From: Somniosus microcephalus
Lineage: Eukaryota
NCBI GenBank assembly: GCA_052327205.1
Contig: CM126207.1
Coordinates: 85,436,001 to 85,500,000 of the forward strand
DNA length: 64,000 nucleotides
Reading direction: 5' to 3'
The position numbers and the translations under genes are program-made. The notes below the pieces were generated by a model, which saw only the letters and a list, made by a program, of their open reading frames with translations, was not told the DNA's origin and made no database searches. Positions 38,821 through 52,619 of this stretch are shown here, in pieces (the first letter of the stretch is position 1; every line of letters starts with the position of its first letter).

Positions 38821-39068
38821 TTTAAACTGTAAATAAAGCGATCAACAGATACCTAAAAGAAAGTCTTGCTCACTGAAGTTTTACCAATGGTGACACATTC
38901 CCTTTCTGTTGTATAATTTGGACAGTGCACTTTGTACAAATTCATTAGTGAATGGATGTCCTGTGAGGAGTTTCCATGTAAATGCAAAGCAGGTTTCAGA
39001 AGTTTGCTTTTGTGGATTAACCCAACTGTGAAGTTGCTGCTGCATGTTTCTGTAATACAGATCGTTAA

Positions 39069-39308
<240 letters not shown>

Positions 39309-40049
39309 TGAAATTGTATATTGTACGTATTAGGTTCTAAGTACACTAAATGCTATAGTAATTGCTGAAATTTCACAAAAGACATATTATTCAAAATTAA
39401 TTTGATTTGTTCATTAAATCACGAAGTTACATCTTATTTGAAAACTCTAGTCAGTTTGGATTTTTGAATATATTTTGAAGCACCTTTGTGGGCCCCCAAA
39501 TATCTTGTGCTCAAATAATGACTTGAATAAATACCAGCCAATTCATTACACTGCTAAATACAGTGCCCTTTGATAAACCAATCTCCTGTTTATTGAGATC
39601 TTTGGATGCAATACAATATTTTGGAGTTCTCAATCATCTTAAAGCAGGTCGATCTGCTATCTTATACAAGGATTTCACCGATGCTAAGATGCATATAGTA
39701 CCCAAGACCAAATGGTATTACACATGCTATTGAGTGTAGATGAGAACACTGCACAGTTTATCATTAGGCCTTATGAACTACATAAAGGAAACTGAAGAGT
39801 TTTATCTATGCTAATGATGTGAGTTATGATCTGAACTGGGGAAATAACTGCACATTAATGCATACTCGTTATACCACAGGTTCTGCCTGCTCGCAGATAT
39901 ATTATATTGAGAGATTACTGTCCTTAACTATCTATTTGCATGGAGGGAAAGCTTTGAAGAACCAGAACATTATATCACAATGCTCTATTTCCATTTAGTT
40001 GCTCTTTCCCTGAAAGTATCAAAAATGTTCCTCTTCATTGTGCCTAGGG

Positions 40050-41106
40050 AAGAGAAAATGGGGGTAGTGTCATGTCTCTGTTCCCGCTATCCTTCTCCAG
40101 GATTTTTAGGGCTTCCCAAATTCAGCATAACTGGACCTGCACTGCGTTAAGCACAGGCCCAGCATTAGCCTACAAATGAGGTGGGAGGGCATTTCTGGCC
40201 TCTCGTTTTATTTTCCTTTCTGTGTGTACTTGTGGGATGCATGAATGGAGGGGTGACTCAAGAAAGCTCAAAGTGGGGATTGTGCTGGAACTCTCCTCAG
40301 AGCAGTGTGTCTGCAGGGGCCCCGGGAGCACTTCAAAGAAGAAAGCAGACAGCATGTAAATATATTTCCCCTGCCTGCAGCACGAATTTAAGGCCTAGGG
40401 TCCATCTCACTGCTGTGCTCCAGCAGGGGGCGATTTTGGTCTTTTTATCGCCCTGTTCCTCGAAACCAAAATCGCAATGGAAAACTTACCGCTGTCTTCG
40501 CACCCGTTTCCATTGTGGTCGAGGCCTTGAAATAGGGGGCCAAGACTCCCACCAGAAACACACAGGACCCTTAGTACTACATACAAATACATAAGACCCT
40601 GCTGCAAATTTGAAGGTTCCTGCATTGCGCAATTCCCATCCACTGCAACATTAGCGGAATGTGGCCAAACTAGTGACCCTTAAAGGGATTGCCAGAGGCC
40701 ACTGAACAAATGGCTGCTGCATGCTTTCTGGAGCATTTTTCGAGGCCAGCGTGAGTATAATAGCATTTCCTGTATGACAAAAAAATCTCTCGCTCGCTTG
40801 CTTACTCACCTTCCATCACTTCTCTCCCCCTCCCAATTAGCCGGGAGCTCCCCTTTAATACAGAATTCCTGGCTCAACTCGGTGAATGGGTTGCCGGATT
40901 TCTCACCATTCCCCCCATACCCACCCCCCACCCCGATCTGTGAGCTGGCTGTCAGTGCTGGAAACGTACGGACAGCTCCCCTTTCAAATTTAAGTGAAGC
41001 CCGACCATCAAAATGGTTCGGGCCTCCTACAGGTGCCATTGGGCTGGCATCCCAATTTCCCCACTCACTGCCCGCCCGATGTATGTTACACATCAAAATA
41101 GCCCTC
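40050..41106. mobile_element. GC-rich non-autonomous DNA transposon(s), Harbinger-type
   Basis: GGGGGCGATTTT at 40426-40437 is identical to the element-B TIR; degenerate partner aaaatagccctc at 41095-41106; internal hairpins and a ttaaagggat motif. Boundaries approximate. Confidence 0.55.
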
Positions 41107-41322
41107 ACTATTTCTCACTGATGGCATAGTTGATCTCGAGAACTAAGCATGTTAGTAATAATGAGCAAGAACCAGTGGCTTGCTCCTCCACAGGACGGTA
41201 CATCAGCACCACTATGACATTTATCAGATTATTGATTTAGCAATCATTTTGCATAGCTGCCCTGATGGCTTAGTGTATCACTGTCTGACATTGCCCTGAG
41301 TTATATGGACCAGAAAGGTATT

Positions 41323-42010
41323 GGCCTGCATTTTCCGATTGCAGCCCCCCCGCATGCGGAGGCCTGCGATCTGGAAAAATCTACGCCCTTACCTGAGGGC
41401 TCCCAGGACGCACACGCTTCCGCTCCTGGGCCTCTCCAAGCTCCAGGTGCGCAGGGATAAACGTATCCCAGAGGTGCATGTAGTTCGCAGCGTCCCTGGG
41501 ATCACATGGGCCATGGGGAGCCAATCAAAGAAGGAAATCTCCCTTCATACACTTGACAGGAAGACCTGTCAAATATATGAATGGAGATCATCCCCAAAAC
41601 ATAGTAAAATTTTAAATAAATAAAAAAAACATTTTTAAAATGAGTTGAAATTACAAATTAAACATTTTAAACAAAAATTTAAATTTTTGAAAAAAAGAAT
41701 TAAAGTTTTTTACGGGGCTAAAAATAAACTTACCTTTTTTTAAAAAGTATTTTTAAATGATAAATCAGTGAAATTAAAAAAAAAACTTTTTTCAACTCTT
41801 ATCCTGGTAAAAGCAGTCGTAAGAATTGTAAGGGTTTTCTGCGGGCGGAGGTTCTCCAAAAAGCGGGACTATCCGCCCGCAGAGGCCCTTCTCCAGGGCA
41901 GCCGGAGCATTCTTGACAGATCGGAAATGCCGGTTTTCAGCGCATGCGCTGTGCATGCCTGAAACCATAATTTCCAATGTCCCTACGGGTGGGATCAGAA
42001 TATCTAGGCC
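41323..42010. mobile_element. Harbinger-type MITE with 3-bp TSD ATT
   Basis: TIRs ggcctgcattttccgat / atcagaatatctaggcc; ATT at 41320-41322 and 42011-42013; GC-rich arms around an AT-rich core. Confidence 0.85.
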
Positions 42011-42254
42011 ATTGTGTTTGATCCCCGTACTGTGTTGAGTTAGCTGATCTCGGTTAGGAACTATAAATTGGCCTCAATGCCTCTGGGCTAAAGAGGGGAG
42101 AAATTAGCCAGGCTTCCACTCTTGATCACTGTCCAAGCACTCAGCTAGAAAGTGTGCATGAATGAATGCCAAGTAAGAACACTATTAGACTATCAGACTC
42201 AGCTGTGATGCTCCCATGTTGAATAGTTCGTCAGTCCAAACACTTCATAGTCAA

Positions 42255-42458
42255 GTCCAAAGATGTGCGGGTTAGGTTGATTGGCTATGATAAATTGACC
42301 CTTAGTGTTAGGGGGATTAAATACGTGGGGTTACGGGGATAGGGTGGGATATGTGTTGGTGTAGGGGTTACGGGGATCGGGTGGGATATGTGTCGGTGCA
42401 GGCTCGATGGGCCGAAATGGCCTCTATCTGCACTGTGGGGTTTCTGTGATTCTGTGAT
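42255..42458 (+). mobile_element. 5'-truncated HE1-type V-SINE
   Basis: gtccaaagatgtgcgggttaggttgattggctatgataaattgacccttagtgt (V-domain), then CR1-type tail ctcgatgggccgaaatggcctc...ttctgtgattctgtgat. Contains an internal ~35-bp duplication. Confidence 0.88.
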
Positions 42459-44027
42459 ACACACATAAGCTTTGCTGAGGTACCAGAGGGCTGCAGACAC
42501 CTGTGGGACCACACTCCAGCATGTTTCAACTTCTTCAGATGAAGAGGAAGGACAAACGCTAGGGGAAATAATTTAGCAACACTAGTTCCATCTCTATATA
42601 TATTATCCCATGCAGTATAGGACCACTTGTCTAACATCACAGAAGAGTGCTGGAAAATAACAAAGCAGCAATCCATAATGTAATTTTCATTCACAATCAA
42701 AATCTGTAATATCTACACGTACATTCCACTTTCAGAGCTCAAAGAATGATCATGAGTGAAGTACGAGCACTAACACTTTCTAAGTACTTGCCCCTCAGTG
42801 CATGCAGAAGCCACATTAATGCAGCAGCTGCCACAGTGTAGCTTTAACCCTGTGACTTCTCTGCATTCCTCACAGCTTCATCTGGTCTCACGAGGCCTAT
42901 CATCTCTTATGTGGCTTGCTGTGATCTACTTCCCTGCTAAATTCCCCAGAACAACTAACATATGGATCTTTTACTAAACCCAGCATGAATGACAGATTTA
43001 AGTCAATCAGTGACTTCTTCATGACGGTTCAGTGTTGGGAATTTAACTTTTCTCAGACAGTAGGAATACTGAATCGGCTAACTTTTATTGAGCTATTTCT
43101 TGTAATAAATTTTAACATTTTTAAATGACAGTTATACTACCATTCTTTACTCCTTTTAAATCTAGAATGTGCTCACAAAACATCTGTACCACAATAAAAC
43201 ACCCGATGACAGTTAACTGCTGAAGAACTTCAACAGGTTTAATTCCACACAATTATCATATGTACAGAAATAAATCAGGAGCTTTACATCTTTTTGAAAA
43301 AATACATTGCTCATAAAAAGAGTAGATTTTTGGACTGATTCAGAAAGTGTTCAGGTTCTGCATTGACACCTGCATATAAACTGGAACACGCTCATAGAAT
43401 TGTGCCTGATTACTGAAGGTTTTCACTCCTCTGAAATTCCGGAATCCTAGTGAGTTTGGCGTTTTGTCTGAGCATGCCCTATTGAATAAGCCAAAAGGTC
43501 ACTGATTTCAGTGACAGCTCGGACTGAGAATTGCAAAGTTCGGGTAGAGAGTTAGAGGAGACTACACTTTGCAGAAACCATTTGGTATCGACTGAAGGTA
43601 TGATCCTGGAGAATTTGTTTAGGTCATTTTTAATTTTTAATTTAATAGTCTGACTACTGTCAGGATTATAGCAAATAATTGATGAATAAAATAAATCTTT
43701 AAACGATGCATTATTAAAACTGATATATAAATATATAAAATATTTGGCTCAATTAGAGCACTTCGAGGTACATCATCTTAATTTTCAATAATACCAATAT
43801 AGTTTTAAGCAAATATAATTCAAAATTTAATTGGCTTATTTCAATATTTCACTTGATATCTATTGGGCTGTTAGGTTATTGTTTTTTGCACATGAACTGT
43901 GCATTACTCTGTTCATCCTTGTTTATTTTCATTTTATTATTCATACTTTAATTATGGTGATAATTGTACTAAAAGTAATTGAATTCAATTAAAATTGTCC
44001 TGGAAGTGATCCTGTTTAATTTATTAG

Positions 44028-44193
44028 GTTTGGTTCAGCAACCGCCGAGCTCGTTGGAGGAAACAAGCAGGAGCCAATCAACTATTGGCATTTAATCACC
44101 TGATCCCTGGAGGATTTCCACCCACAGCAATGCCAGCGCTGTCTCCTTACCAGCTGTCTGATGCCAGTTATCCACCTACATCCATACCACAGG
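44028..44193 (+). CDS. PAX3: PAX3 coding exon 6 (homeodomain helix 3, S50 class, start of transactivation region)
   Basis: Acceptor ttAG at 44026-44027, donor GTaaag at 44194, 166 nt. Translates [55 protein letters not shown]. Confidence 0.97.
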
Positions 44194-44535
44194 GTAAAGC
44201 AAAACCTCATGTTTAAGCCATGTGAACATTTTGCTGTCTGTATTGTGACAAAGAACATTGTTACAGCACAAGATCTCAGAATTGTCAATTAAAAGCATCT
44301 GTCTGGACCTCTGCTCCAGAATCATTCGGAATAAGCCAAGAAACTTAAAAAAACAAACAGATTTTAGCATTGGCTTATTTTTTGCTCACAATTATAATGC
44401 TGGAGTATCAAAAATAAAAGTGAAATCCTCCAGAAAGAAAAAACAAGTAGTAGGTCTGCAATGGCTACACCATCTTTGGCAGTATTTCCTTCAACTGCAT
44501 TCTGTGTTTCTCTAGCTTGGGAGAGTAAAGTTATA

Positions 44536-44721
44536 GGGGTAGAAATTCTTCTTGAGTTTTAGCGCAAAATGGGCGGTATGGGATCGGCTGCCTGTTATAC
44601 TCCCCGCCTGATATTCAATTTCATTGACTTCAATAGAACTGAATATCAAGTGGGGTTTATAACAAGTGGCCGGTGCGATAACGCCCGTTCAGCACTACCG
44701 CCCAAGTCGAATTTCTCCCCC
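44536..44721. mobile_element. Palindromic Harbinger-type MITE with TSD ATA
   Basis: TIRs ggggtagaaatt / aatttctccccc; ATA on both flanks; central hairpin ...cattgacttcaatag.... Confidence 0.85.
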
Positions 44722-45336
44722 ATACTTTTTAATTATTGGGGGTCCCTGATTCTGGTGGTAAAGTGGTTGTTCTGCAAAATTATTTCTGAAAAGTTTCATT
44801 GTTATTTATTTGTTTCTGATACCCAGTAACACAAAGTTTTCCCATTTGTCTTGATCATTGCCTACAAGGCTTCTCTGCATGATTCCTAAAAGCAGTTTGA
44901 AGCTTTTGCTGCAGTCATTTCTTCCAGATGTTTCCTGGCATTGAAATAACCTTTAGTTATGCTAACTAGCTATCAAACAACTTTGGTGTGTACATTTAAG
45001 AAAGCATTCTTGGTTGAATTTTTGTCCTCAAGATGTTGGCACTAGGAAATGGAACACTTACCATTTTGTGACCCAGTGTCACTATCAATCACTTCTAGTT
45101 AAATCCCAAGTTCGATATAGAGTAAAACTCCCTTTACACTGCCCTACAATGATGGAAGATTTCTTCTGCGCTCTATGTGTAACAAAATCATAAACTTGCT
45201 CTTAACGAATGCTAACAATTTCGCTATACATAGCTCACAGAGGAAATCTTTCCCTGCCAAAATGCCTTACCTAATTTCCCCTCTCCCCTGCTATTGTGTG
45301 ACATTGACTACATTTGCCATCTTAAAAAAGGGGTGG

Positions 45337-45473
45337 GGGGGCAGTGAAGTTGTTCTTCGGCCGTAGTGTAAAATGAGTGATAGCGAATCGGCAGCCTGTT
45401 TTACACTGCACCCAATTATTTTTTCCATTGAAGTCGCGTGATTCATGCTACCGCCGAAGACTTAATTCATCCC
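45337..45473. mobile_element. MITE related to 44536-44721 (internally deleted)
   Basis: Shares gatagcgaatcggcagcctgttttacac, ccattgaagtc and ctaccgccgaagac...aattcatccc with that element. Confidence 0.65.
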
Positions 45474-46154
45474 TGAGATGTTCAATTTAGCATGAATTAG
45501 TTCAATGGATCTACATTCACTAGGAACCGAGTTCAGGAAGACCAAACTCTTTTGTATGGGACCCTTGCAGCCAGCAGACATTGGAAACTTTCATCCCATC
45601 AGTATGGGCAGGATTTTAAACCAGGCCCCAGAGTTGAAAGGACAGAGTGCTAACAGACTTTAGATGAACTAGAAGCAATGCCTTGGAAAAGAATAAAATT
45701 GCCTGCCAAATCTTCAAAATCCCCAAGCAGATATGAACTTTTCTACACTTGCACCCATCATACAGATACAAAATGACAGTGGGGATTAAAAGCAAATACA
45801 TTTTTCAATACAGCCAAAGTCCAATATTATTCAGTCATTTTGTTAAGTGATAAGAAAACATCCAAATATATGTTTATTGTGCTAAATACTATGCTGTTTA
45901 TATTGTGGTGTGTTCAATCCAACAATATATAATATAGAATATATTATCAAGGCGTTCTCTGTCAATCACACTGCGGCTACCTTTCAGATAACTTGTATTA
46001 GATGTTTAAATGAGGTGCAATTGCTATTGTATTTATAAGTATTTATTGTTATTTATAAGTAGGATGGAATTGTGTTTATAAAGGCAATGTCTTCATGGAA
46101 AAGCATTTGGCAAATTCTTTTCTTGCTCGAGAGGAAGAAGAGCTAAAAGACTAT

Positions 46155-46401
46155 AGGTTAAATTTTGCAAGACTAGGCTTCCGATATGGAGCCTTGCTTG
46201 ATGGAGCACGGATTGAAGATTTGGGCATGTAAGACAGTGCATCCAATTCAGAGCACTCCTGGTTTTCTAGTGGTTAAAGTCAACCACTGGAAAATTGGAG
46301 GGCTCCTAATCAGGTGCGCTGATCTCTGTGCCTGATTCTCTGATCCATGCTCCTGTCTAGTGAGGCTTCGTGCCAGCATTGTAGCCTCACAAAATTTGCC
46401 T
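46155..46401. mobile_element. Fold-back (long imperfect palindrome) MITE
   Basis: Ends aggttaaattttgc / cacaaaatttgcct; symmetric arms (ggagcacggat / atccatgctcc); centre ttttctagtggtt-aaagtc-aaccactggaaaa. Confidence 0.7.
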
Positions 46402-46721
46402 TTTCATCATTTTCTTCCCCATAACATCACATGCAAGGGGACACAATGGTACATTTTGATGGAATTTACATTACTGCAGCGTGTGTTTATAAACAAATGA
46501 AAAAAGGCTTGCCAGTCACTTTTTCCTGATGACACTGCAGCTTTAAGCTATAATATTTTGAATTCTGAAATAAGAAACTGGTAAATATGAAAAATTGTAG
46601 AAAAATACTTTAAATGTTAACAGATACACGAGCTTATTGCCTTTGCACCTAGTTGAGCGATTTCTTAAGAAGTGAAAATGATGCGGCATTAATGATACAA
46701 TAAATGTTATTGTGCTTTCAG

Positions 46722-46936
46722 CAATCTCAGATCCAAGCAACACAGTTCACAGGCCACAGCCTCTGCCTCCGACATCAGTTCACCAGAGCAGCCTCCCTTC
46801 TACTCCAGACAGCAGTTCAGCTTACTGCTTATCCACCAGCAGGCATGGATTTTCAGGGTACACAGACAGCTTTGTGTCTCCTGCAGGGTCTACCAATCCC
46901 ATGAACCCAACGGTTAGCAACGGCCTCTCACCTCAG
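46722..46936 (+). CDS. PAX3: PAX3 coding exon 7 (P/S/T-rich transactivation region)
   Basis: Acceptor ttcAG at 46720-46721, donor GTcagt at 46937, 215 nt. Translates (A)[71 protein letters not shown] (part of ORF 46712..47011). Confidence 0.96.
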
Positions 46937-48967
46937 GTCAGTTTTGTGATTCAAAACAGGGTGTCTACTGTATATGTGAACCAAATAGTTTACTACCCAA
47001 GGCAAAACTAAAGAAGCATTTCTAAATTTAATTCATTGCACAAATCTGTCTGTGCAGCTCATGTGGCTGTGCTAGTTTGTGGCCATTCATTTTTCAAACT
47101 AATCATTCAGATACTTGATTTCCTTGAAACTTTATAAGACAAACCTTTTGCTACATCCATCATCTTTTAGAATATTGGAAAAAATAAAATGCAGTCACAC
47201 AAGTAGTTAAGTATTGAGAACACAATATTAAAAATAGTTACTAAGAATTAAGGACAACATTTATAAAGAAACATTAAAAATGGAACTAAAACCATTTTCC
47301 AATGTGAAATTCAATGACAATTTTTAGGTTACTGTAACATCACAGTTCATCAATGTAGATTACCATTCAATTCACTAACTTATGTTTTTTCAGTTGTTTA
47401 ACACATGCTTTAATTTTTTTTGCTATTGTTTCTAGCAGGTATATTTTACCATACTTTCATCATTTCAATCCAGACACTTACTGATGTATGCAGCATACTA
47501 TGTTTAAGATATAATTCAACAGTGCTACTTTATACATTGTAAATCTACAAACTGAACAGAAAATTTCAAGAGAGAAATGCTATAAAGTGAAGAGTGCTTC
47601 ACAAATAGTACTCTAAGTGGAGCATTACATTAGAACCTCTTTAGATGTAAGATTGAAATGAATCTACCTGATCATTTTTTAATGAATAGCCGCTTTTTTT
47701 GCTGAAAATACCTCATGAAATGATATTAGGTGTACAAATGGGAACTGACAATATCAACTTACCCTTATTGATTAAAATGTAAACTTTATCTTTCAATGCT
47801 TTGTTCAGCGATTTTATCATTTTAATATCATAATGTTACCACTCTGCAGAATATACGTATTGCTACCATAGGGTCAATAAATTATCTTCAGATGAAATTA
47901 CCACAGATACTACTGTAAGAGACTTAAACTTTTTAAATGTATTACCAGCTGGTGGAAAGTTGACATTATCATTTTATTAAAATATACTGTCTCCATTTGT
48001 TAGCATAAGTTGGACACAGGTGTCATCTGATATGTACACCAGTTAATTTTTAATATAGGTCACAAGGGACTGGAACCTATAATTAAAAGTGAGTAATTTC
48101 AGAGCTAAGAGATAGACTGCTAAAGGTGCGATTTTCTTGAAAAGCTTTCTATAAATTGAAGAACAGAAGGAAGCACGGAATGACATAAATGAAAAGTGAA
48201 AAGACAATTATAGTCAATTACACACCAATCATTGGCTACTGCTACCGCCTGAACAGTAAGGGACATTTTAATAGGCAGAAAATTAGATTCTAATGGCACA
48301 AAGGGTGGCCAAAATGACTGCTTGCATCTGTGGCTTTTTATTCTTTATTTAATGTGCAGTTGCATCGTGCAATGTTGTTTCTGCTTTCTGCAGTGCACTG
48401 ATAACTCACAGACCCAACAGTTCAGAATATTGTAAAAACTATAAAGACTTAATAAACAAATTCCCCCTTTGGGCAAATAGGAACCTTCCTGGTTTCTTTC
48501 ACATTGATCACCCAATTAATTGACATCTTATTTTTCTTTTCCACGAGAAATTGATTAAGAGTGTAACAGTTTCAAACACATTGCTTTTGGGACAGAATTA
48601 GAAATTCTAAATGTCTTGTGTTCAAAATACTCAAATGCTGCTCACATTGCCACCTCATTTATTGGTTTTGCTGTCATGAATATTGTGACCTCTGGAGCTG
48701 CTTTGATACTGTCATTTCCTGAGCTATAATATAAAGATTGCCTCTCAAGTGAAATAATGACAGCAGCGCACCATCATGTGTTGCAGCTTTTTATTTCCGT
48801 TGAGGACATTGTTCGGTTGGGGTGAAGAAGAATGATTTACGAAGTGTGGTCCATTAATCACAAATGATTTACATTTGTGTACTTTTGCTATGTGACTATC
48901 TTGACTCTTCACCATCAAGGAATGTGAAAATTTTACTTAATAAGTGCACTCATAGGGTGTGTAAAAC

Positions 48968-49450
48968 CATAGAATATAGGAACAGGAGCAGGCTACTCAG
49001 CTGCTCGACCATATTCTGCCATTCAATTAGATCATGGCTGATCTGTACCTCATTCTCATTTACTCGCCTTTGACTCATATTCCTTGATAATCTTACCCAA
49101 CAAAAATCTATCTAATTTTAACATTATGCCCTCTTGTTCTGGATTCCACCACCAGAGGAAAGTTTATTTTTATCTACCCTATCAAGTCCTTTTATTATTT
49201 TAAACAATTCAACTAGATTACCCCTCAATCTCTATACTCAAGGAAATATAAGCCAGCTTTATGCAACCTATACTCATAATTTAACCCTTTAAGCCCTGGT
49301 ATAATTCTGGAAAACCTACGCTGCACCCCCTCCAAGGCTAATACATCCTTCCTGAAGTGTGGTGGCCAGTACTCCAGATGTGGTCTGAACAAGGCTGTAT
49401 ACAACTGAAGCATAACCCTCTCCACTTTGTATTCCAGCCCCTTTGAGAAA
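48968..49450 (-). mobile_element. CR1 LINE 3' fragment
   Basis: ORF 49225..49425(-) MLQLYTALFRPHLEYW..PHFRKDVLALEGVQRRFSRIIPGLKGLNYEYRL; tail catagaatataggaacaggagcaggc. Confidence 0.9.
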
Positions 49451-52400
49451 AAAGCTTAAAGTTGACTAAAAAAAGAGCTTGTGATATTCCAGTCCTAACT
49501 ACTTTTAACTTTTTATAGTTTATTTCATATATCTTATTTCTCACCCTCTTTGGGCCTCCCAACAAATTTAACCAGCTGAGAGTGCAGGAGGGGGTACAGA
49601 TAACCAAGATCAAGAGTTCACCACATGTGAATTACCTGGCCAAAATCATGTTTTGTCAAGTGAGGTGGGCACATTCAGTCATACACCAACACACTGGAGT
49701 ATATCGAGCCACCAAACAGTATAAATTTCCAATTTTGGAGACTTTCTAGGCCTGATATTCCAGTACAATGCTGGTAGTTCCATAAATCCCATGAACCCAC
49801 GCCATCTTATTTCAAAGGAACTCTTCAGTCATCACAAATATCACCACGGATGTTGGTTGAAAAAACACACACTTCTGCAAACAATCTGCTCTTTCAACTC
49901 TTACTAATCTCATAAAAAAATAGGGAAGTATAAAATGAGGAAAGGTCATTTGGCATGTCATCTCCGCATTCAAAACACGGGCATCTGAATCATCCTTCCC
50001 TCCAAAATGTTATTCACCATTTATCACAGCGCCTGTGTCAAAGTCAATAAATGTTAGTGTGCTTTCAGTTGGAGAATAAATAAAGAATTAATTTGCAGTT
50101 CCACATCTGTAGATGTTATCAGCCAGTGCCTGCTCAAAGGTGACAGGCTGAAAGTCTCTGATCTGTTTTCAGCGTTATAGCTTCTGAGGGAGGACCTTTG
50201 TTTTTATGACCTAGGGCTTCAGAAGACAGGAAGGATGAGTTGAACCAGGGTTGTTATATCATCACTGACTCATGGGACGAATATTGTACATAAATTGTGT
50301 AATCGTAGTAGGCCCCATTTTTCATTGTAATATACCATTTACATGTGCTAGTCATTTATTTTTCAAGAGTAATTTTTTTGGAATAAGAAGCAGTCTAACA
50401 GTATTATTGAACAAATATATATAAGTACCATTCTATGTTTATTATAGAGCACTAAAAATTTCTAATGTTTTCTAAAAATTTTCTTTACTCATTCATTTGA
50501 TACTTCCAAGAAATCCCAACATTTCGCCGACTTTTAAAAAATAATTTACTTTGTCTTTTTACAAGATGCTACAAGGTATCCACTTTTCAAAGTTAGTTTT
50601 ACTTTTGAGTGTTGTTCTACAAACTGCATTTCTTCAACGATAGTAATATAAGCAGTTGTTAAAACGTATGTGCTGCAGTAATATCGCATAACACTTTGAT
50701 CAGAATCCTCTTCTGGTATGTAATCCATCAAGTTTAGTTTTATTACTGTATGGATTAAATGTCTTTTACTGTTTTGAAAGCATGAAGGAATCTAAAATTG
50801 ATGTCTACATTGGTGTGGGAACTAAGTGCCCTTTCACTTCTAAGCAGTGATATTATAGGTAATAAGATCTAGCTCAACTCCATGTGATACATAGAGAATC
50901 ATGGATACACAGGAGTGAGTTACAAAGCATGCACAGTATCAAGGCATTCAGATCATGTCATAAACCACAAGACTGAAGCAGGAAAAATTCATATGCATCA
51001 TCTGAAATTCAAAGTTATGCTAATGCCTTTAACTTCATTCTGGGCATCTTTAAAATATTTTTAAAATAGATTTTTAAAAATCATACATTATATATACTTA
51101 CCTTAAACTCATATATCATTACCTCTACTATAACTCATTGCTTATGATTCTTAATAGAAAAAAAAACCCAAGTAAAATAACTTCTTTGTACTTCATCCCT
51201 GACTAACATACTTTTTGTGTAACTTCCAAAGACAACCTTATTGAGAGTGTCATGTGAATGCAGTTTTTATGTGTGAAAGGTTAAGACTCGCAATGATTTC
51301 CCAGTCTCAGAGTCCCTTGAGTTTGTTGTTGATGATGTGTGCCTTCTGATCTGTGATGTGAATGAATGCATATTTCAAGCCATTGTGACAAAAATATTAC
51401 AATGCATGATACCAAATTACAATACTTGGTAGAAGAATGTTATACATTTTCTTTTGTAGTGTGCTACAGTTACACAGTCAATTATCCAGAATATGCTACA
51501 AGCTTAATGCAGCATGGAAAATCTCAGTAGTGCCTTTGTGAAAGTGGTTTATATATATCTCAATATTAAAATTCTTACATCTAGCATTTATCCATCAAAA
51601 TTATAAATCAAAGTGAAAGAAAGCCAGTCATTTCCTACCAGTTCTTTCTGACCTGATAACCTGGCCTTTTCCCAATGGCAGGAGTTGGAAATTTGCATGC
51701 TGCCAATCTTCAACAATTACCCTCTAATTGACCTCAGGATGTGCCTATTTAGACTACACCACAGGGAGTACCCAAGAAATGGTCTTAAAGGGGCAGGTTA
51801 TTTTAAATACAGTTCCACCTTCTCAACTAAATATCAAAGCCAGACAGGAGATTACCTTGACCAACATCACAGGAGATTAGCTGGCACATTAAAATGCATC
51901 TGACGCACCTCCTCACTGTAATGATTGACTGTTAGGAGATAAACCAGCCTGGGTTAACTTACCCAATGGTTCTCCTCTCCCAACAACTTTGTAAATATTC
52001 TTCAACTTGTACCTCTTCTGAAGGTGCAGCCAATATTGAAAAACGCTATCCTGCCATTCTGTGTCATAATGCATTGAAGCATCAACTCTCTCTGTATGCT
52101 ACCTTTGTTACCTGATTTTGCTGTTTAGCAAAATCTCAATTGTTTAGGTCTCCATCTTTGAAACATTACCGCTTACACTTTTTTCTCCTGTTTTCTGGCT
52201 GCCATTCATTTACATGCTGGAAACATTCTTTAAAGGAAAAAAATTCAATGAAGTACAGGTAGCAGCATAATGTTTGCAGTGGATGAGCAGGAGGGAGAAT
52301 AACACCACAAAATGGAGTCTTTGTTGCATTCTTACAATCTGAATTCAAATGGAGAATTTTTCAACTGCTAGAAAAAACAAATTTGGCCCATGCTGCCGAC

Positions 52401-52619
52401 CTATTGAATATTTTGAAACATTTGTACATTTCAATTCCAGGTTCAATATCGAGTTCTAATTTTTTTTAACCAGATAGTTTGTTCCAGGTACTGGGGCAAA
52501 TCCAATTTTTCACTGCTGATTGAGTAATGATGTAATTGAGACACAAACAACCATTCCATGTAATTTAGTTCTAATTTACATATTATTTAGCCAAATTTTG
52601 GTGGACATGTGAGAATAAA

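Larger units (their letters stand above)
41257..42550 (+). mobile_element. Second AmnSINE2-like SINE, split by a MITE and an HE1 SINE
   Basis: Head gctgccctgatggcttagtg...cagaaaggt, resumes at 42014 gtgtttgatccccgtactgtgttgagttagctgatctc...aattggcctcaatgcctctgggcta..., tail gaggtaccagagggctgcagacacctgtgggacc at ~42478-42550. Confidence 0.7.

Noticed and set aside
46937-47011. Exon-7 read-through tail [24 protein letters not shown]
   Set aside because: Good donor (CAG|GTCAGT), no recognisable homology and no adjacent polyA signal; likely chance.
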